A DNA stretch of 64,000 bases from an uncultured Pelagibacteraceae bacterium (GTDB lineage Bacteria > Pseudomonadota > Alphaproteobacteria > Pelagibacterales > AG-422-B15): positions 13,255 to 77,254 of the forward strand of contig CABZIW010000005.1 of NCBI GenBank assembly GCA_902526005.1, written 5' to 3'. The notes under the pieces are model-generated. The model saw only the letters and a list, made by a program, of their open reading frames with translations, did no database searches and was not told where the DNA came from. A program made the translations under genes and the position numbers. Shown here in pieces: positions 1 through 9,636 of this stretch (positions within the stretch are counted from its first letter, which is position 1; every line of letters begins with the position of its first letter).

Positions 1-701
1 ATATCTAGTTTATTTTCAAATGTATTTATTATCTTCCTTATTTCGTTAATATTATTATGACGCTTTTCATCAAAATTTTTTTTACTTATTTGATAATCTA
101 AATTAATTCTTTTTAAATTATCTATATCCTCTTTTGAGGGTTCATCTAAATTTCTAAGCCTTTCTCTTTCTTGAATTAAGAATTCATGTTTTTCATCTTT
201 TTTAAAGTTAATTAGTACAGCAGTACTTGATGCATCTTCACTGATTATAAGGTTTTTAAAAATAGGACTATTTAATAATTCTGTTTCAGCATCATTCAAA
301 TCAACGCCCGGTGATTCGATTGTCAGAACTTCATTAACTAAGTCTGTTAGGCTTTGATCATTTACTTCTAATAATGGAACATCCAAAATAGACTGAATAC
401 TTTCAACCCAATTTAATTTACCAAGTCTTTCAACAAATGATTTTATTTGATTTAAATTATTTTTTGTTAGGATCCTTTTTTCATCTGTAAAAGTAACAAT
501 TAAAAAATCATTTGACCCATAATCATCAATAACTAATCTATATTTTTTTAGGTCTTCGTCTTGTTCCAAGATTAAAGTATCTGATGATGCATCAAGCTGA
601 AAATCTTTTGCGCTATAGGCAAAAAATGAAATTATTAATAATAAAACGACTAGAGAGGTGTTTGTGTATTTATTGAATAGGGATAGATAAAATTTTTCCA
701 T
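1..701 (-). CDS. N-terminal 233 codons of a large membrane exporter (RND/MMPL-superfamily-like); the gene continues beyond the window start
   Basis: Absent from the ORF track because there is no stop in the window. The reverse complement of 701..1 is open from ATG (699-701): MEKFYLSLFNKYTNTSLVVLLLIISFFAYSAKDFQLDASSDTLILEQDEDLKKYRLVIDDYGSNDFLIVTFTDEKRILTKNNLNQIKSFVERLGKLNWVESIQSILDVPLLEV... It has one N-terminal TM helix followed by a soluble loop, as in COG1033-type exporters. The family call is pattern memory only. Confidence 0.5.
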   Translation of the reverse strand, partial: MEKFYLSLFNKYTNTSLVVLLLIISFFAYSAKDFQLDASSDTLILEQDEDLKKYRLVIDDYGSNDFLIVTFTDEKRILTKNNLNQIKSFVERLGKLNWVESIQSILDVPLLEVNDQSLTDLVNEVLTIESPGVDLNDAETELLNSPIFKNLIISEDASSTAVLINFKKDEKHEFLIQERERLRNLDEPSKEDIDNLKRINLDYQISKKNFDEKRHNNINEIRKIINTFENKLD

Positions 702-704
702 TAG

Positions 705-1805
705 TTATGAAATATATCTTCTTTCATATCTTTTGCCTAGATTAGTTAGTATTTCATAAGGAATAGTATTTATTGTCTTTGCAATGGTATTGATTGAAAA
801 CTTGCTTCCGATTACTTCAAATTCTTCATTCATTAAATTTTTTTTTGTTTTTATATTTGTTAAGTCGATTGTTATCAGATCCATTGATACCCTTCCCACC
901 AAATTAATTTTTTTATCTCCCAGTAATATTTTATAGTTGTTTGAAAAAAGACGATTAAAACCGTCTGCATAACCAAAGCCAAGAGTGCCGATTTTCATTT
1001 TTGATTTTGCCTTAAAAGTTGCCCCATATCCTATTGTATCCCCTTTATATATTTCTCTGATTTGGATTAGTTTTGCTTTTATAGAGACAACATTTTTATA
1101 AATAATTTTTTCTTTTATTTGACATTGACCTCCATAAAGTGAGATTCCAGGCCTAACCATATCAAAATGATATTTTTTACCCAGTAATATTCCTGCAGAA
1201 TTAGACAAACTACATAAACAATTAGGAAAATGAGATTTAACAAAATTAAATTTATTTAATTGTATTTCATTCAATTTTGACTTTTTATCATCAGCGCAAG
1301 AAAGATGACTCATTATTAGTCGAAGTTTAGACTTTTTGATCAATAATGCTTTATTTTTTATCAGATTTTCTGTTTCATTTTGATCAAGACCAAGACGTGA
1401 CATTCCAGTATCAAAGTGAATCGCGATATTAAGAAAACAATTATTTTCTTTTTGATAGTTTTCTATTTTTTTTAATTGTGCAAGGTTATTAATAACAGGA
1501 ATTAAATTAAACTTACGAATATTTTTTAATTCTTTTGTTACCAATCCATTTAAAATAAAAATAAATATTCTTTTATTTAATTTTCGTAAATAAATTGCTT
1601 CGTTTGTAGTGGCAACAAAAAAATACTTGCAGCCCTTTTTTATTAGGCTATTAACGACCTGATCGGCACCTAATCCATAGGCATTAGCTTTCACCGTAGC
1701 TGCAATTATACACTTTCTACCAACGATTTGCTTAATGATCTTATAGTTTTTGTTAATTGCTTTTAGGTTAATGTCTAGGAATGTATTTTTATCAACATTA
1801 ATCAT
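705..1805 (-). CDS. alr: alanine racemase
   Basis: 366 aa. PLP-lysine motif ATVKANAYGLGADQV near the N-terminus. The C-terminal domain carries GYGATF...GYADGF, typical of Alr. Confidence 0.9.
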   Translation of the reverse strand: MINVDKNTFLDINLKAINKNYKIIKQIVGRKCIIAATVKANAYGLGADQVVNSLIKKGCKYFFVATTNEAIYLRKLNKRIFIFILNGLVTKELKNIRKFNLIPVINNLAQLKKIENYQKENNCFLNIAIHFDTGMSRLGLDQNETENLIKNKALLIKKSKLRLIMSHLSCADDKKSKLNEIQLNKFNFVKSHFPNCLCSLSNSAGILLGKKYHFDMVRPGISLYGGQCQIKEKIIYKNVVSIKAKLIQIREIYKGDTIGYGATFKAKSKMKIGTLGFGYADGFNRLFSNNYKILLGDKKINLVGRVSMDLITIDLTNIKTKKNLMNEEFEVIGSKFSINTIAKTINTIPYEILTNLGKRYERRYIS

Positions 1806-1814
1806 TCTTGAAAA

Positions 1815-3266
1815 TTATTCGTAGTTGTTGGTGTGATCTTTGCTAATAAAATTTCCAAATCTAGTATACTTTGCATCAAAGCTTAATTTTATATTACCTG
1901 TTGGTCCATGTCTTTGTTTCATTATAAGTAAATCAGCTTGACCATGTATCTCGTCCATTTTTTGTTGCCATTCTATAAATTCAGCAGTTCCAGGTGATGG
2001 GGCATTTTTTTCAAGATAATATTCTTCTCTGTATATGAACATGACAACATCTGAGTCTTGTTCAATTGACCCTGACTCCCTTAAGTCAGATAACTGTGGT
2101 TTCTTGTCTTCTCTTTGCTCCACTTGTCTTGATAACTGAGATAAAGCAATGATTGGTATGTTTAATTCTTTTGCAAGAGCTTTTAATCCTTGAGTTATTT
2201 CTGAAATTTCTAAAACTCTAGATTCATTTCTAGATGTTTTGCTTGGTCTTAAAAGTTGTAAATAGTCTATTACTATTGCACCCAAACCATTTTTTCTTTT
2301 TAACCTTCTAGCCCTCGATGACAGTGTTCCGATGTTTACTGCTGGAGTATCATCAATAAAAAGGGGAATTTCTAATATATCTTTTGATACAGAAACTAAA
2401 TTATCAAGATCATTTTCTGATAAATTTCCTCTTCTTATATCGTTTGAACTGATTCTTGCTTGTTCTGATAAAATTCTTCTGGCCAATTGTTCAGATGACA
2501 TTTCTAATGAGAAAAAAAGAACACTTGCATCCATATCTTTTGATATGTGAGCGTTTCTTGCAATATTAAATGCTATATTCGTAGCTAGTGAGGTTTTTCC
2601 CATTGAAGGTCTTCCTGCAATTATTATTAAATCTGAGGGGTGAAACCCTCCAAGTTTGGCATCAAGGTCAGTGAAATCAGATGAAATTCCAACAACGCTA
2701 CTATCTTTTTCAAATGCTTTTTTTGCTAATTCAATTGCTTCTTCAACTGAAGTTTGAAAGGTTTGAATTTGGTTTTGAGAGGTTCCTTTTTCTGAGATTT
2801 GATATAAATTTTTCTCTGCTTCCTCTATGAGATCTTCTGGTTTTTTTTCAATTTCACTTTCAATTGCATCATGCTGAACTTTTCCACCCAATTCATAGAG
2901 CCCTCTTCTAACAGCAAGGTTATAAATAATATGAGCGTAGTTTTTGGCATAATCAAGAGATACAGCTGAATTTGCAAGTCTTACTAAATAATTTGAACCT
3001 CCAATTTCTTCCAAATTCTTTTCAACTTCAAAAAAACTTTTTAGAGTAATTGGCGTGGCAATTTGTCCTTTGGAGATCATTTTGCCAATTACATCAAAAA
3101 TTAATTTATGAACTGGCTCATAAAAATGCTCAACGTTGATAGTTTCTGATATATCGAAGAAAATTTCGTTATTTAATAATATAGCTCCAAGTATACCTTG
3201 CTCAGCTTCGATATTATGAGGTAACTCTTTTAGAGTATTATTCTGTAATTGAAATGATGTAGACAT
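1815..3266 (-). CDS. dnaB: replicative DNA helicase DnaB
   Basis: 483 aa. DnaB N-terminal motif PHNIEAEQGILGAILL, Walker A GRPSMGKTS, Walker B IVIDYLQLL, and C-terminal KQRHGPTG. Confidence 0.95.
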   Translation of the reverse strand: MSTSFQLQNNTLKELPHNIEAEQGILGAILLNNEIFFDISETINVEHFYEPVHKLIFDVIGKMISKGQIATPITLKSFFEVEKNLEEIGGSNYLVRLANSAVSLDYAKNYAHIIYNLAVRRGLYELGGKVQHDAIESEIEKKPEDLIEEAEKNLYQISEKGTSQNQIQTFQTSVEEAIELAKKAFEKDSSVVGISSDFTDLDAKLGGFHPSDLIIIAGRPSMGKTSLATNIAFNIARNAHISKDMDASVLFFSLEMSSEQLARRILSEQARISSNDIRRGNLSENDLDNLVSVSKDILEIPLFIDDTPAVNIGTLSSRARRLKRKNGLGAIVIDYLQLLRPSKTSRNESRVLEISEITQGLKALAKELNIPIIALSQLSRQVEQREDKKPQLSDLRESGSIEQDSDVVMFIYREEYYLEKNAPSPGTAEFIEWQQKMDEIHGQADLLIMKQRHGPTGNIKLSFDAKYTRFGNFISKDHTNNYE

Positions 3267-3417
3267 AATTCTGTTTACATAATATTAAATTGGTTAGTCT
3301 GTCAGCAGAATTAATTAAAAAGATATTAACAGATATATAATATTGTTAATATTAGTAGAGGATAAGGTATATCTGTAAATATGCCTTTTAAATAATTGAA
3401 ATATTGCGAAATTAATC

Positions 3418-3864
3418 TTAGATTTTTTTTGTTATCTCTAGTTTGAGTGTAGCGCTTATATCATCATAAATTCTTAAGGTGACATCGTGACTTCCTATCG
3501 CACTTATATTATCTAAAACAATATTTCCAGGCTCAATATCAATAGAAAAATCATTAATCAACGTGTCACGGATTTGCCTCGGACCAAGATTGCCATAAAG
3601 ATTACCGTCTTCATTTGCTTCCATCTGGATATTAATTTCTTTACCATCCAACTTATCTTTTAGCTCATTTGCTTCAGAAATCTTTTTCATATTATTTTCA
3701 TTGATTTGGCTCATTTTTGAATTGAGGTCACCCAAATTCTTTTTATTGGCTATAATTGCTTTTTTTTGAGGAATTAAAAAATTTTTTGCAAATCCATCTT
3801 TAACGTTAACAACTTCACCCGCCTTACCAAGTTTATTAAGTGTTTCTAACAATATGATTTGCAT
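3418..3864 (-). CDS. rplI: 50S ribosomal protein L9
   Basis: Track ORF 3418..3894 trimmed to the internal Met. MQIILLETLNKLGKAGEVVNVKDGFAKNFLIPQKKA is the canonical L9 N-terminus. This start lies 1 nt after the rpsR stop. Confidence 0.9.
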   Translation of the reverse strand: MQIILLETLNKLGKAGEVVNVKDGFAKNFLIPQKKAIIANKKNLGDLNSKMSQINENNMKKISEANELKDKLDGKEINIQMEANEDGNLYGNLGPRQIRDTLINDFSIDIEPGNIVLDNISAIGSHDVTLRIYDDISATLKLEITKKI

Positions 3865-3865
3865 T

Positions 3866-4060
3866 TTATTTTCCGGTATAGGGTAAAAGGGCAAGATATC
3901 TAGCTTTTTTTATCGCATTAGAAAGGTCTTTTTGTTTTTTAATGCTAATATAGCTAATTCTTCTCGGTGTAATTTTACCCTTTTCTGAAATAAACTTTTT
4001 CAGACTTGATATATCTTTATAGTCAAAAACCATCTCTGAACCTTTTGAAAATTTATCCAT
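3866..4060 (-). CDS. rpsR: 30S ribosomal protein S18 (short, 64 aa)
   Basis: C-terminal S18 signature AIKKARYLALLPYT. It sits between rpsF and rplI. Confidence 0.85.
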   Translation of the reverse strand: MDKFSKGSEMVFDYKDISSLKKFISEKGKITPRRISYISIKKQKDLSNAIKKARYLALLPYTGK

Positions 4061-4069
4061 AACTTAATT

Positions 4070-4396
4070 TTAATCCTTATTTTTAACCATTATGGTTGGT
4101 GTATCACAAAAATCTTTTACCTTAATTGATAAGTAACGAATAATTTTATCATTTAAGTTTAGCTTTGAATTAAGTACGTCTATTTTATCTTGTGGCAATT
4201 CAATATTCATGAATTCATAAAATGCTTTTTTATTTTCTTTTATAGGATATGCAAGATTTCTCAGGCCCCAACTTTCTTTATAAACAACGTTTCCATCAAG
4301 CTCACCGAGGGTTTGCTCGTGAACTTTTATTGCCTCCTCAAGGTCAGAAGAACTCAGATCTTGTCTAAGCATAATAATGTGTTCAAATAAAGCCAT
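4070..4396 (-). CDS. rpsF: 30S ribosomal protein S6
   Basis: 108 aa with an S6-like N-terminus, MALFEHIIMLRQDLS...WGLRNLAYPI. It is first in the rpsF-rpsR-rplI order. Confidence 0.9.
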   Translation of the reverse strand: MALFEHIIMLRQDLSSSDLEEAIKVHEQTLGELDGNVVYKESWGLRNLAYPIKENKKAFYEFMNIELPQDKIDVLNSKLNLNDKIIRYLSIKVKDFCDTPTIMVKNKD

Positions 4397-4470
4397 TCGT
4401 AATTTGTATTTGGTGTTAAAAATGGAATAAATATTCTATAATTATCTTTTAAGCAAGCATTCTTTTTTTA

Positions 4471-5409
4471 ATGAAAACAGCATTAATTTTTCCTGGTCAA
4501 GGCTCACAATATGTTAAAATGGGTCATGATTTCTATTCAAAATATGATGTATCACGTGATATTTACGAACAGCTAAATGAGTCCATTGGCAGAAACTTAT
4601 CCAAATTAATTTTTTCAGGTGAGGAAAAAGAACTTCTTCAAACCCAAAATTCTCAGCCTGCAATCATGGCCACAAGCATTTGTATATTTGAGGCTTTGAA
4701 ATATGAAAATCTTTTAGATATAAAATCATACGGTTGCGTTGCTGGACATTCTCTTGGTGAATATAGTTCATTAGTTGTTAATCAAGGTTTGAGATTTGAA
4801 GACTCTGTAAAGCTTCTCAAATTCAGATCTAAAGCAATGCAAGAAAGTATGCCTCTTGGAACTGGAGGAATGATCGCTTTGATTGGTTGTTCCGAAGAAG
4901 ATGTTAAAAATGTAATGTTGAACGCAGAAAAATATGGAAAGATATTTATTGCAAATGATAATTCTAAAGGTCAAATTGTTTTAAGTGGTGAAATTTCAGC
5001 TGTGGATTACATATCATCAAATGCAAAAGAGTTAGGAGTAAAAAGAGCTATAAAGTTGCCAGTGAGTGCACCATTCCATTGCGAATTAATTAATAAAGCT
5101 TCAATAGCAATGAAGGAAGAAATGTCTAATTATTCATTCAATCCCTTTACTGTACCATTATACTCTAATGTGACTAGTAAAGTATGTAACGAGACAGAGA
5201 TTGCTAATTTACTAGTTGAACAAATAATATCAAAAGTTAGATGGCGAGAAATAGTTGAGAATATGATAAAAGATGGTGTTCAAAATTTTATTGAAATAGG
5301 CCCAGGTAATGTACTTACTAATTTAGTCAAAAGAGCATCTAAAGATCTAGTTGCTATTTCAATAAGCAAGATAGAAGATTTTGATAAACTTGATAATATA
5401 AAACTATGA
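4471..5409 (+). CDS. fabD: malonyl-CoA:ACP transacylase
   Basis: 312 aa. FPGQGSQ motif and active-site Ser in GHSLGEYS. It heads the fabD-fabG-acpP-fabF cluster. Confidence 0.95.
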   Translation: MKTALIFPGQGSQYVKMGHDFYSKYDVSRDIYEQLNESIGRNLSKLIFSGEEKELLQTQNSQPAIMATSICIFEALKYENLLDIKSYGCVAGHSLGEYSSLVVNQGLRFEDSVKLLKFRSKAMQESMPLGTGGMIALIGCSEEDVKNVMLNAEKYGKIFIANDNSKGQIVLSGEISAVDYISSNAKELGVKRAIKLPVSAPFHCELINKASIAMKEEMSNYSFNPFTVPLYSNVTSKVCNETEIANLLVEQIISKVRWREIVENMIKDGVQNFIEIGPGNVLTNLVKRASKDLVAISISKIEDFDKLDNIKL

Positions 5410-6125
5410 AAAATGTATTAATCACTGGAGCAACAGGAGGAATAGGGCAATCCCTAGTGAAAGTTTTCCATGATAATGGATATAATGTTTGCGCAACTGG
5501 AACGAATGTAGATAAACTTAGTTTACTTGAAAACAAATATAAAGCTCGATTCAAAGGTATACAATGTGATCTTTCAGATGACGATCAGCTTAAGAAACTA
5601 GCAGAGGAATCAAATAAATATTACGGAAGCACAAATATCTTAATTAACAATGCAGGAATAACTAAAGACAACCTTTTTCTTAGGATGAAAGATGATGAAT
5701 GGAACGATGTAATAAATATAAATTTGAATTCAAATTATAAACTTACCAAAATAGTTATTAAAGATATGATCAAATCAAAGTGGGGCAGAATAGTAAATAT
5801 CTCGTCAGATGCAGCTAAAATAGGCAACCCTGGTCAGTCTAATTACGTAGCTTCAAAGTCGGCAATTGAGGGTTTAACGAGGACAATAGCAAATGAAGTA
5901 GCTTCAAGAGGAATAACCGTAAATTGTGTGGCCCCAGGGTTCATTAAGACTGAGATCCTCGACTCTGTGGATAAAAAAAAGCTTAGTGCAATGGAGGAAA
6001 AAATACCACTAGGCAGAATTGGTAATGTTCATGAAATAGCTTCAGTAGTTTATTTTCTTTCCTCAGAAGAATCGTCATATATTACTGGTCAAGTGCTTCA
6101 TGTTAATGGCGGCTTGACAATGTGA
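5406..6125 (+). CDS. fabG: 3-oxoacyl-ACP reductase
   Basis: 239 aa SDR with [12 protein letters not shown] and YxxxK ([10 protein letters not shown]). ATGA overlap with fabD. Confidence 0.9.
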   Translation: MKNVLITGATGGIGQSLVKVFHDNGYNVCATGTNVDKLSLLENKYKARFKGIQCDLSDDDQLKKLAEESNKYYGSTNILINNAGITKDNLFLRMKDDEWNDVININLNSNYKLTKIVIKDMIKSKWGRIVNISSDAAKIGNPGQSNYVASKSAIEGLTRTIANEVASRGITVNCVAPGFIKTEILDSVDKKKLSAMEEKIPLGRIGNVHEIASVVYFLSSEESSYITGQVLHVNGGLTM

Positions 6126-6168
6126 TGCATATCGTAATAAATATGAACAAACATACCTAGGAGTACAT

Positions 6169-6402
6169 ATGAGTGACGTTGCCGAAAAAGTAAAAAAAAT
6201 TATTGCCGAGCATCTTGGAATAGATGATATGGGTAAGATTACCGAGGATGCAAAATTTATTGATGACCTTGGCGCAGATAGCCTGGATACTGTAGAGCTG
6301 GTTATGGCATTTGAAGAAGCTTTTGATGTCGAAATTCCTGATGAAAAAGCTGAGACAATACTCACAGTAGGTGATGCAATTTCACACTTAGAGTCAAATT
6401 AA
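6169..6402 (+). CDS. acpP: acyl carrier protein
   Basis: 77 aa with the phosphopantetheine site [14 protein letters not shown] strong SD (TAGGAG) lies upstream. Confidence 0.95.
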   Translation: MSDVAEKVKKIIAEHLGIDDMGKITEDAKFIDDLGADSLDTVELVMAFEEAFDVEIPDEKAETILTVGDAISHLESN

Positions 6403-6411
6403 TTTACTAGA

Positions 6412-7683
6412 ATGAAAAGAGTCGTAGTTACTGGCATAGGATTAGTGACTCCTCTTGGCTGTGGAGTCGACATAAATTGGAAAAATCTAATTTCAGGGGT
6501 ATCCGGTGCAAAAAAAATTAGCAAATTTGATGCCAGCAATTATAAGTGTCAGGTTGCTTGTGAAGTTCCTATTGACAGCAAACTAGAAGGTTCATTTGTT
6601 CCTGAGGAATGGATAGATAAAAAAGAATTAAAAAAGTTAGACGAATTCATAAAATATTCTTTAGCTGCAGGTGAAGAAGCTTTTCAACAAAGTAAATTAA
6701 TGAGCATTGAAGATCCCAATTCATTTCGCTCTGGATGTATAATTGGTTCTGGTATGGGTGGACTGCCTGGAATTGAAGAAACTTCTTTGTCTTTTAATAA
6801 TGGAAAAAAAATAAGTCCTTTTTTTATAACTGGAAGAATTATAAATATGTCAGCAGGTTATCTTTCTATTAAATATAATCTTAAAGGTCCAAACTATTCA
6901 ACTGTATCAGCATGCGCTTCATCCGCTCATGCTATAGGAGAGTCGTTTAGACTAATACAGCATGGCCAGGCAGATATAATGATGACTGGTGGTACTGAAG
7001 CAACAATAAGTCCAATCGGAATTGAAGGTTTTACAGCATGTAAAGCACTTAGCACTAAATACAATGCAAATCCGCAGAAAGCGTCTCGACCATTTGATGA
7101 TGAACGTGATGGATTTGTAATGGGTGAGGGGTCAGCAATACTTATTTTAGAGGAAATGGAACATGCACTTCGTCGTAATGCAAATATATTAGCAGAGATG
7201 GTGGGATACGGAATGTCTTCTGATGCCTTTCACTACACACTGCCAGAACCTTCAGGGGATGGAGCACATAGAGCAATGCATAATGCATTAAATGATTCAA
7301 AGATTAACTCAGAAAAAATCGATTATATTAATGCACATGGGACCTCAACACCTTCAGGAGATAAAGTTGAAGTTTTGGCTATTGAACGAATGTTTGACGA
7401 CCGTAGAAGAAAAATAAATGTTTCTTCAACAAAGTCTCAAATAGGACACTTATTAGGCGCAGCCGGTGGAGTTGAGGCTGCATATTCTATTTTATGCTTA
7501 AATAATAATAAATTACCTTATACATTAAACTTAGAAAATGCCATCGATTCAAAAAATATCAATTTTATTAAAGAAAAGGCAATAGATTTTGATGTAAACT
7601 ATATTTTGTCTAACTCATTTGGTTTTGGAGGAACAAATGTTTCTCTTATTTTAAAAAAGTTTAATGAAAGTAAATTACAATAA
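6412..7683 (+). CDS. fabF: 3-oxoacyl-ACP synthase II
   Basis: 423 aa. Active-site Cys in SACASSAHAIG, the catalytic His motifs HGTSTPSGD and GHLLGAAG, and C-terminal NSFGFGGTN. Confidence 0.95.
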   Translation: MKRVVVTGIGLVTPLGCGVDINWKNLISGVSGAKKISKFDASNYKCQVACEVPIDSKLEGSFVPEEWIDKKELKKLDEFIKYSLAAGEEAFQQSKLMSIEDPNSFRSGCIIGSGMGGLPGIEETSLSFNNGKKISPFFITGRIINMSAGYLSIKYNLKGPNYSTVSACASSAHAIGESFRLIQHGQADIMMTGGTEATISPIGIEGFTACKALSTKYNANPQKASRPFDDERDGFVMGEGSAILILEEMEHALRRNANILAEMVGYGMSSDAFHYTLPEPSGDGAHRAMHNALNDSKINSEKIDYINAHGTSTPSGDKVEVLAIERMFDDRRRKINVSSTKSQIGHLLGAAGGVEAAYSILCLNNNKLPYTLNLENAIDSKNINFIKEKAIDFDVNYILSNSFGFGGTNVSLILKKFNESKLQ

Positions 7684-8260
7684 AAGAATTATCATTGTAA
7701 TATCGTCTCCATCAGGAGCCGGAAAAACTTCAGCTTGCCATAAGCTAATTGAAAGAGATAAAAGTATAGCCCTCTCGATCTCGGATACGACTAGATTACC
7801 TAGAGATAATGAAATAGATGGAGTGGATTATAACTTTATAAATGAGGATGAGTTCAAGAACAGAATTAAAAATAAATCGTATATCGAGTACGCTAATGTA
7901 TTTGGAAATTATTATGGGTCACAATATAAAAATATAATTAATCATTTTGAAAATGGAAGTGATATTTTATTTGATATTGATTGGCAAGGAGCCAAGCAAT
8001 TAAAAAGCTCATCATTTAAAAATATTGTATCTATATTCATTGTTCCTCCTTCAAAGGATGCAATTTATAAAAGACTCAAATCTCGTGCTTTAACATCTGG
8101 CGATAATGAAAAGTCAATTGAGAATAGAATGAATAAGTATGAAACAGAGATGAGGCACAAAAATGATTATGATCATGTAGTAATTAATGACAAATTAGAA
8201 ACTTGTGTAGACGAATTAGAAAAAATTATAAATAATAAAAGAAGTAGTCTAATTGATTAA
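7664..8260 (+). CDS. gmk: guanylate kinase
   Basis: 198 aa. P-loop SSPSGAGKTS, then TTRLPRDNEIDGVDYNF, typical of Gmk. Confidence 0.9.
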   Translation: MKVNYNKRIIIVISSPSGAGKTSACHKLIERDKSIALSISDTTRLPRDNEIDGVDYNFINEDEFKNRIKNKSYIEYANVFGNYYGSQYKNIINHFENGSDILFDIDWQGAKQLKSSSFKNIVSIFIVPPSKDAIYKRLKSRALTSGDNEKSIENRMNKYETEMRHKNDYDHVVINDKLETCVDELEKIINNKRSSLID

Positions 8261-9046
8261 TTTAACTAGATCACAGTAATTGGAGACAGATAAGTTCTCA
8301 GGGCGTAAGTTTTCATCTATATCAAGTTTTGTGAGTAATTGTATGTGTTTTCCTAACGTATTTTTAATTTTTTTTCTTCTACTGCTAAAAGATTGCTCCA
8401 GTAACTTTTCAAGGTTATTAAAATTAATTTCGCTGTAATTATTAATTGGTTTTAATTGAATGACTGTTCCGTCAACTTTTGGTTTAGGTGAAAATATTGA
8501 TGCGGGTGCATCAAGTAATTTTTTAACATCGCACCTAGATTGTACTAAAACAGAAAGTCGACCGTATTTTTTATTATTATGACTTGCAAGAATTCTATCA
8601 GCTACCTCCCTTTGAAACATTAAAACCATCTTATTAAAAAAAGATGGCCATTCATTATCGCTTATCCAATTTGTCAGAAGATTTGTTGAAATATTAAATG
8701 GTAAGTTCCCATAAATAATAACTTTTTCTTCTTTGCTTTTAAAGATACTATAATCAAATGTTAATGCATCATCATTAATAATAAAAATATTTTTTATTTT
8801 TTCATATTTTAATTTAAGTTGGTTGGCTAAATTATTGTCTTTTTCAATGAGAAAAAGTTTTTTGAAATTTTTTTTCGATAAATATTCTGTCAGTGCTCCT
8901 TTTCCAGGTCCAATCTCAATTATAATATTTCTTTTTGACGATTCAATGTGATCATTCATTTTTAAAAGAAAATTATTATCAGTAATAAAATTTTGACCTA
9001 ATGATTTTTTAGGACGCACTCTATTTATATTCAATAGTTGCCTCAT
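8249..9046 (-). CDS. rsmA: 16S rRNA (adenine1518/1519-N6)-dimethyltransferase
   Basis: 265 aa with SLGQNFI, SAM motif EIGPGKGALT and NLPFNIST. It lies downstream of lptD-surA, as in the classical operon. Confidence 0.9.
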   Translation of the reverse strand: MRQLLNINRVRPKKSLGQNFITDNNFLLKMNDHIESSKRNIIIEIGPGKGALTEYLSKKNFKKLFLIEKDNNLANQLKLKYEKIKNIFIINDDALTFDYSIFKSKEEKVIIYGNLPFNISTNLLTNWISDNEWPSFFNKMVLMFQREVADRILASHNNKKYGRLSVLVQSRCDVKKLLDAPASIFSPKPKVDGTVIQLKPINNYSEINFNNLEKLLEQSFSSRRKKIKNTLGKHIQLLTKLDIDENLRPENLSVSNYCDLVKLIN

Positions 9047-9635
9047 TCATTATATCGCGCAATAGTTTACTGCTTTGCAGGTCCAGTTGCCTTTGAATCA
9101 CCAAATTTTCAGCTTGCTCAACTGATAAACTTGGATTTTTATTTATTAATTCTTCTACCTCTAGGTCGCTTATAGATGTCAGTCTAAAAAATAAACCATT
9201 TATAAGTTTATTCCAGGCCAACTCACCCTTCAAATATTTTTTTAATTCTTGATAATTTATTTTATTTTCTCTAAGTAAATTCAATATTTCATCTTGATTA
9301 ATTTTACTTCTTTTAAAAAAATTTGTTTCAAATTCTATGTATTCTTCATCTCTAACTTTAATTTGATATTCATTTATTTTACTTAATTTCACTTTTTCAC
9401 GTATTAATTCATCTACTACATTATTTATCATTAGTTGAGTATTCTGAGCGTTTAGATTGACGCCCTGGATAATTGCCGTAAGTTTTAATCTCTGAATAAT
9501 ATCATATGATGTAATAACATCTTCATTAACTAAAACTGCAATTTTGTGTTCAATCTTATCGTCCGCTATTACATAGTGTGAAGATAAAAAAACTAAGAAT
9601 ATGAATAGCAATGATTTATAAATACTCTTCGACAT
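9021..9635 (-). CDS. SurA-like periplasmic chaperone lacking any parvulin (PPIase) domain
   Basis: 204 aa. Signal peptide, then a SurA-N-like segment (IAVLVNEDVITSYDIIQR...VVDELIREKV) and a C-terminal ...ATIEYK tail. It sits between lptD and rsmA, where surA normally lies. It is too short to hold a PPIase domain. Confidence 0.55.
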   Translation of the reverse strand: MSKSIYKSLLFIFLVFLSSHYVIADDKIEHKIAVLVNEDVITSYDIIQRLKLTAIIQGVNLNAQNTQLMINNVVDELIREKVKLSKINEYQIKVRDEEYIEFETNFFKRSKINQDEILNLLRENKINYQELKKYLKGELAWNKLINGLFFRLTSISDLEVEELINKNPSLSVEQAENLVIQRQLDLQSSKLLRDIMNEATIEYK

Positions 9636-9636
9636 G

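Noticed and set aside
2332-2550. A 72-aa + strand ORF inside dnaB. The same class includes 4190..4390, 4771..4974, 5354..5554, 6075..6365, 13516..13788, 16319..16501, 17034..17219, 17786..17989, 18704..18934, 21360..21584, 22135..22356, 27933..28205, 28463..28663, 28758..28976, 30893..31096, 34268..34976, 36134..36343, 38506..38718, 40635..40853, 42207..42434, 43094..43570, 44499..44693, 45647..45925, 46778..47089, 48117..48323, 48592..48789, 49316..49558, 51941..52126, 59069..59782, 61152..61346, 61784..61969 and 62957..63172.
   Set aside because: All are embedded antisense to, or out of frame within, confidently assigned genes. None has a recognisable motif.
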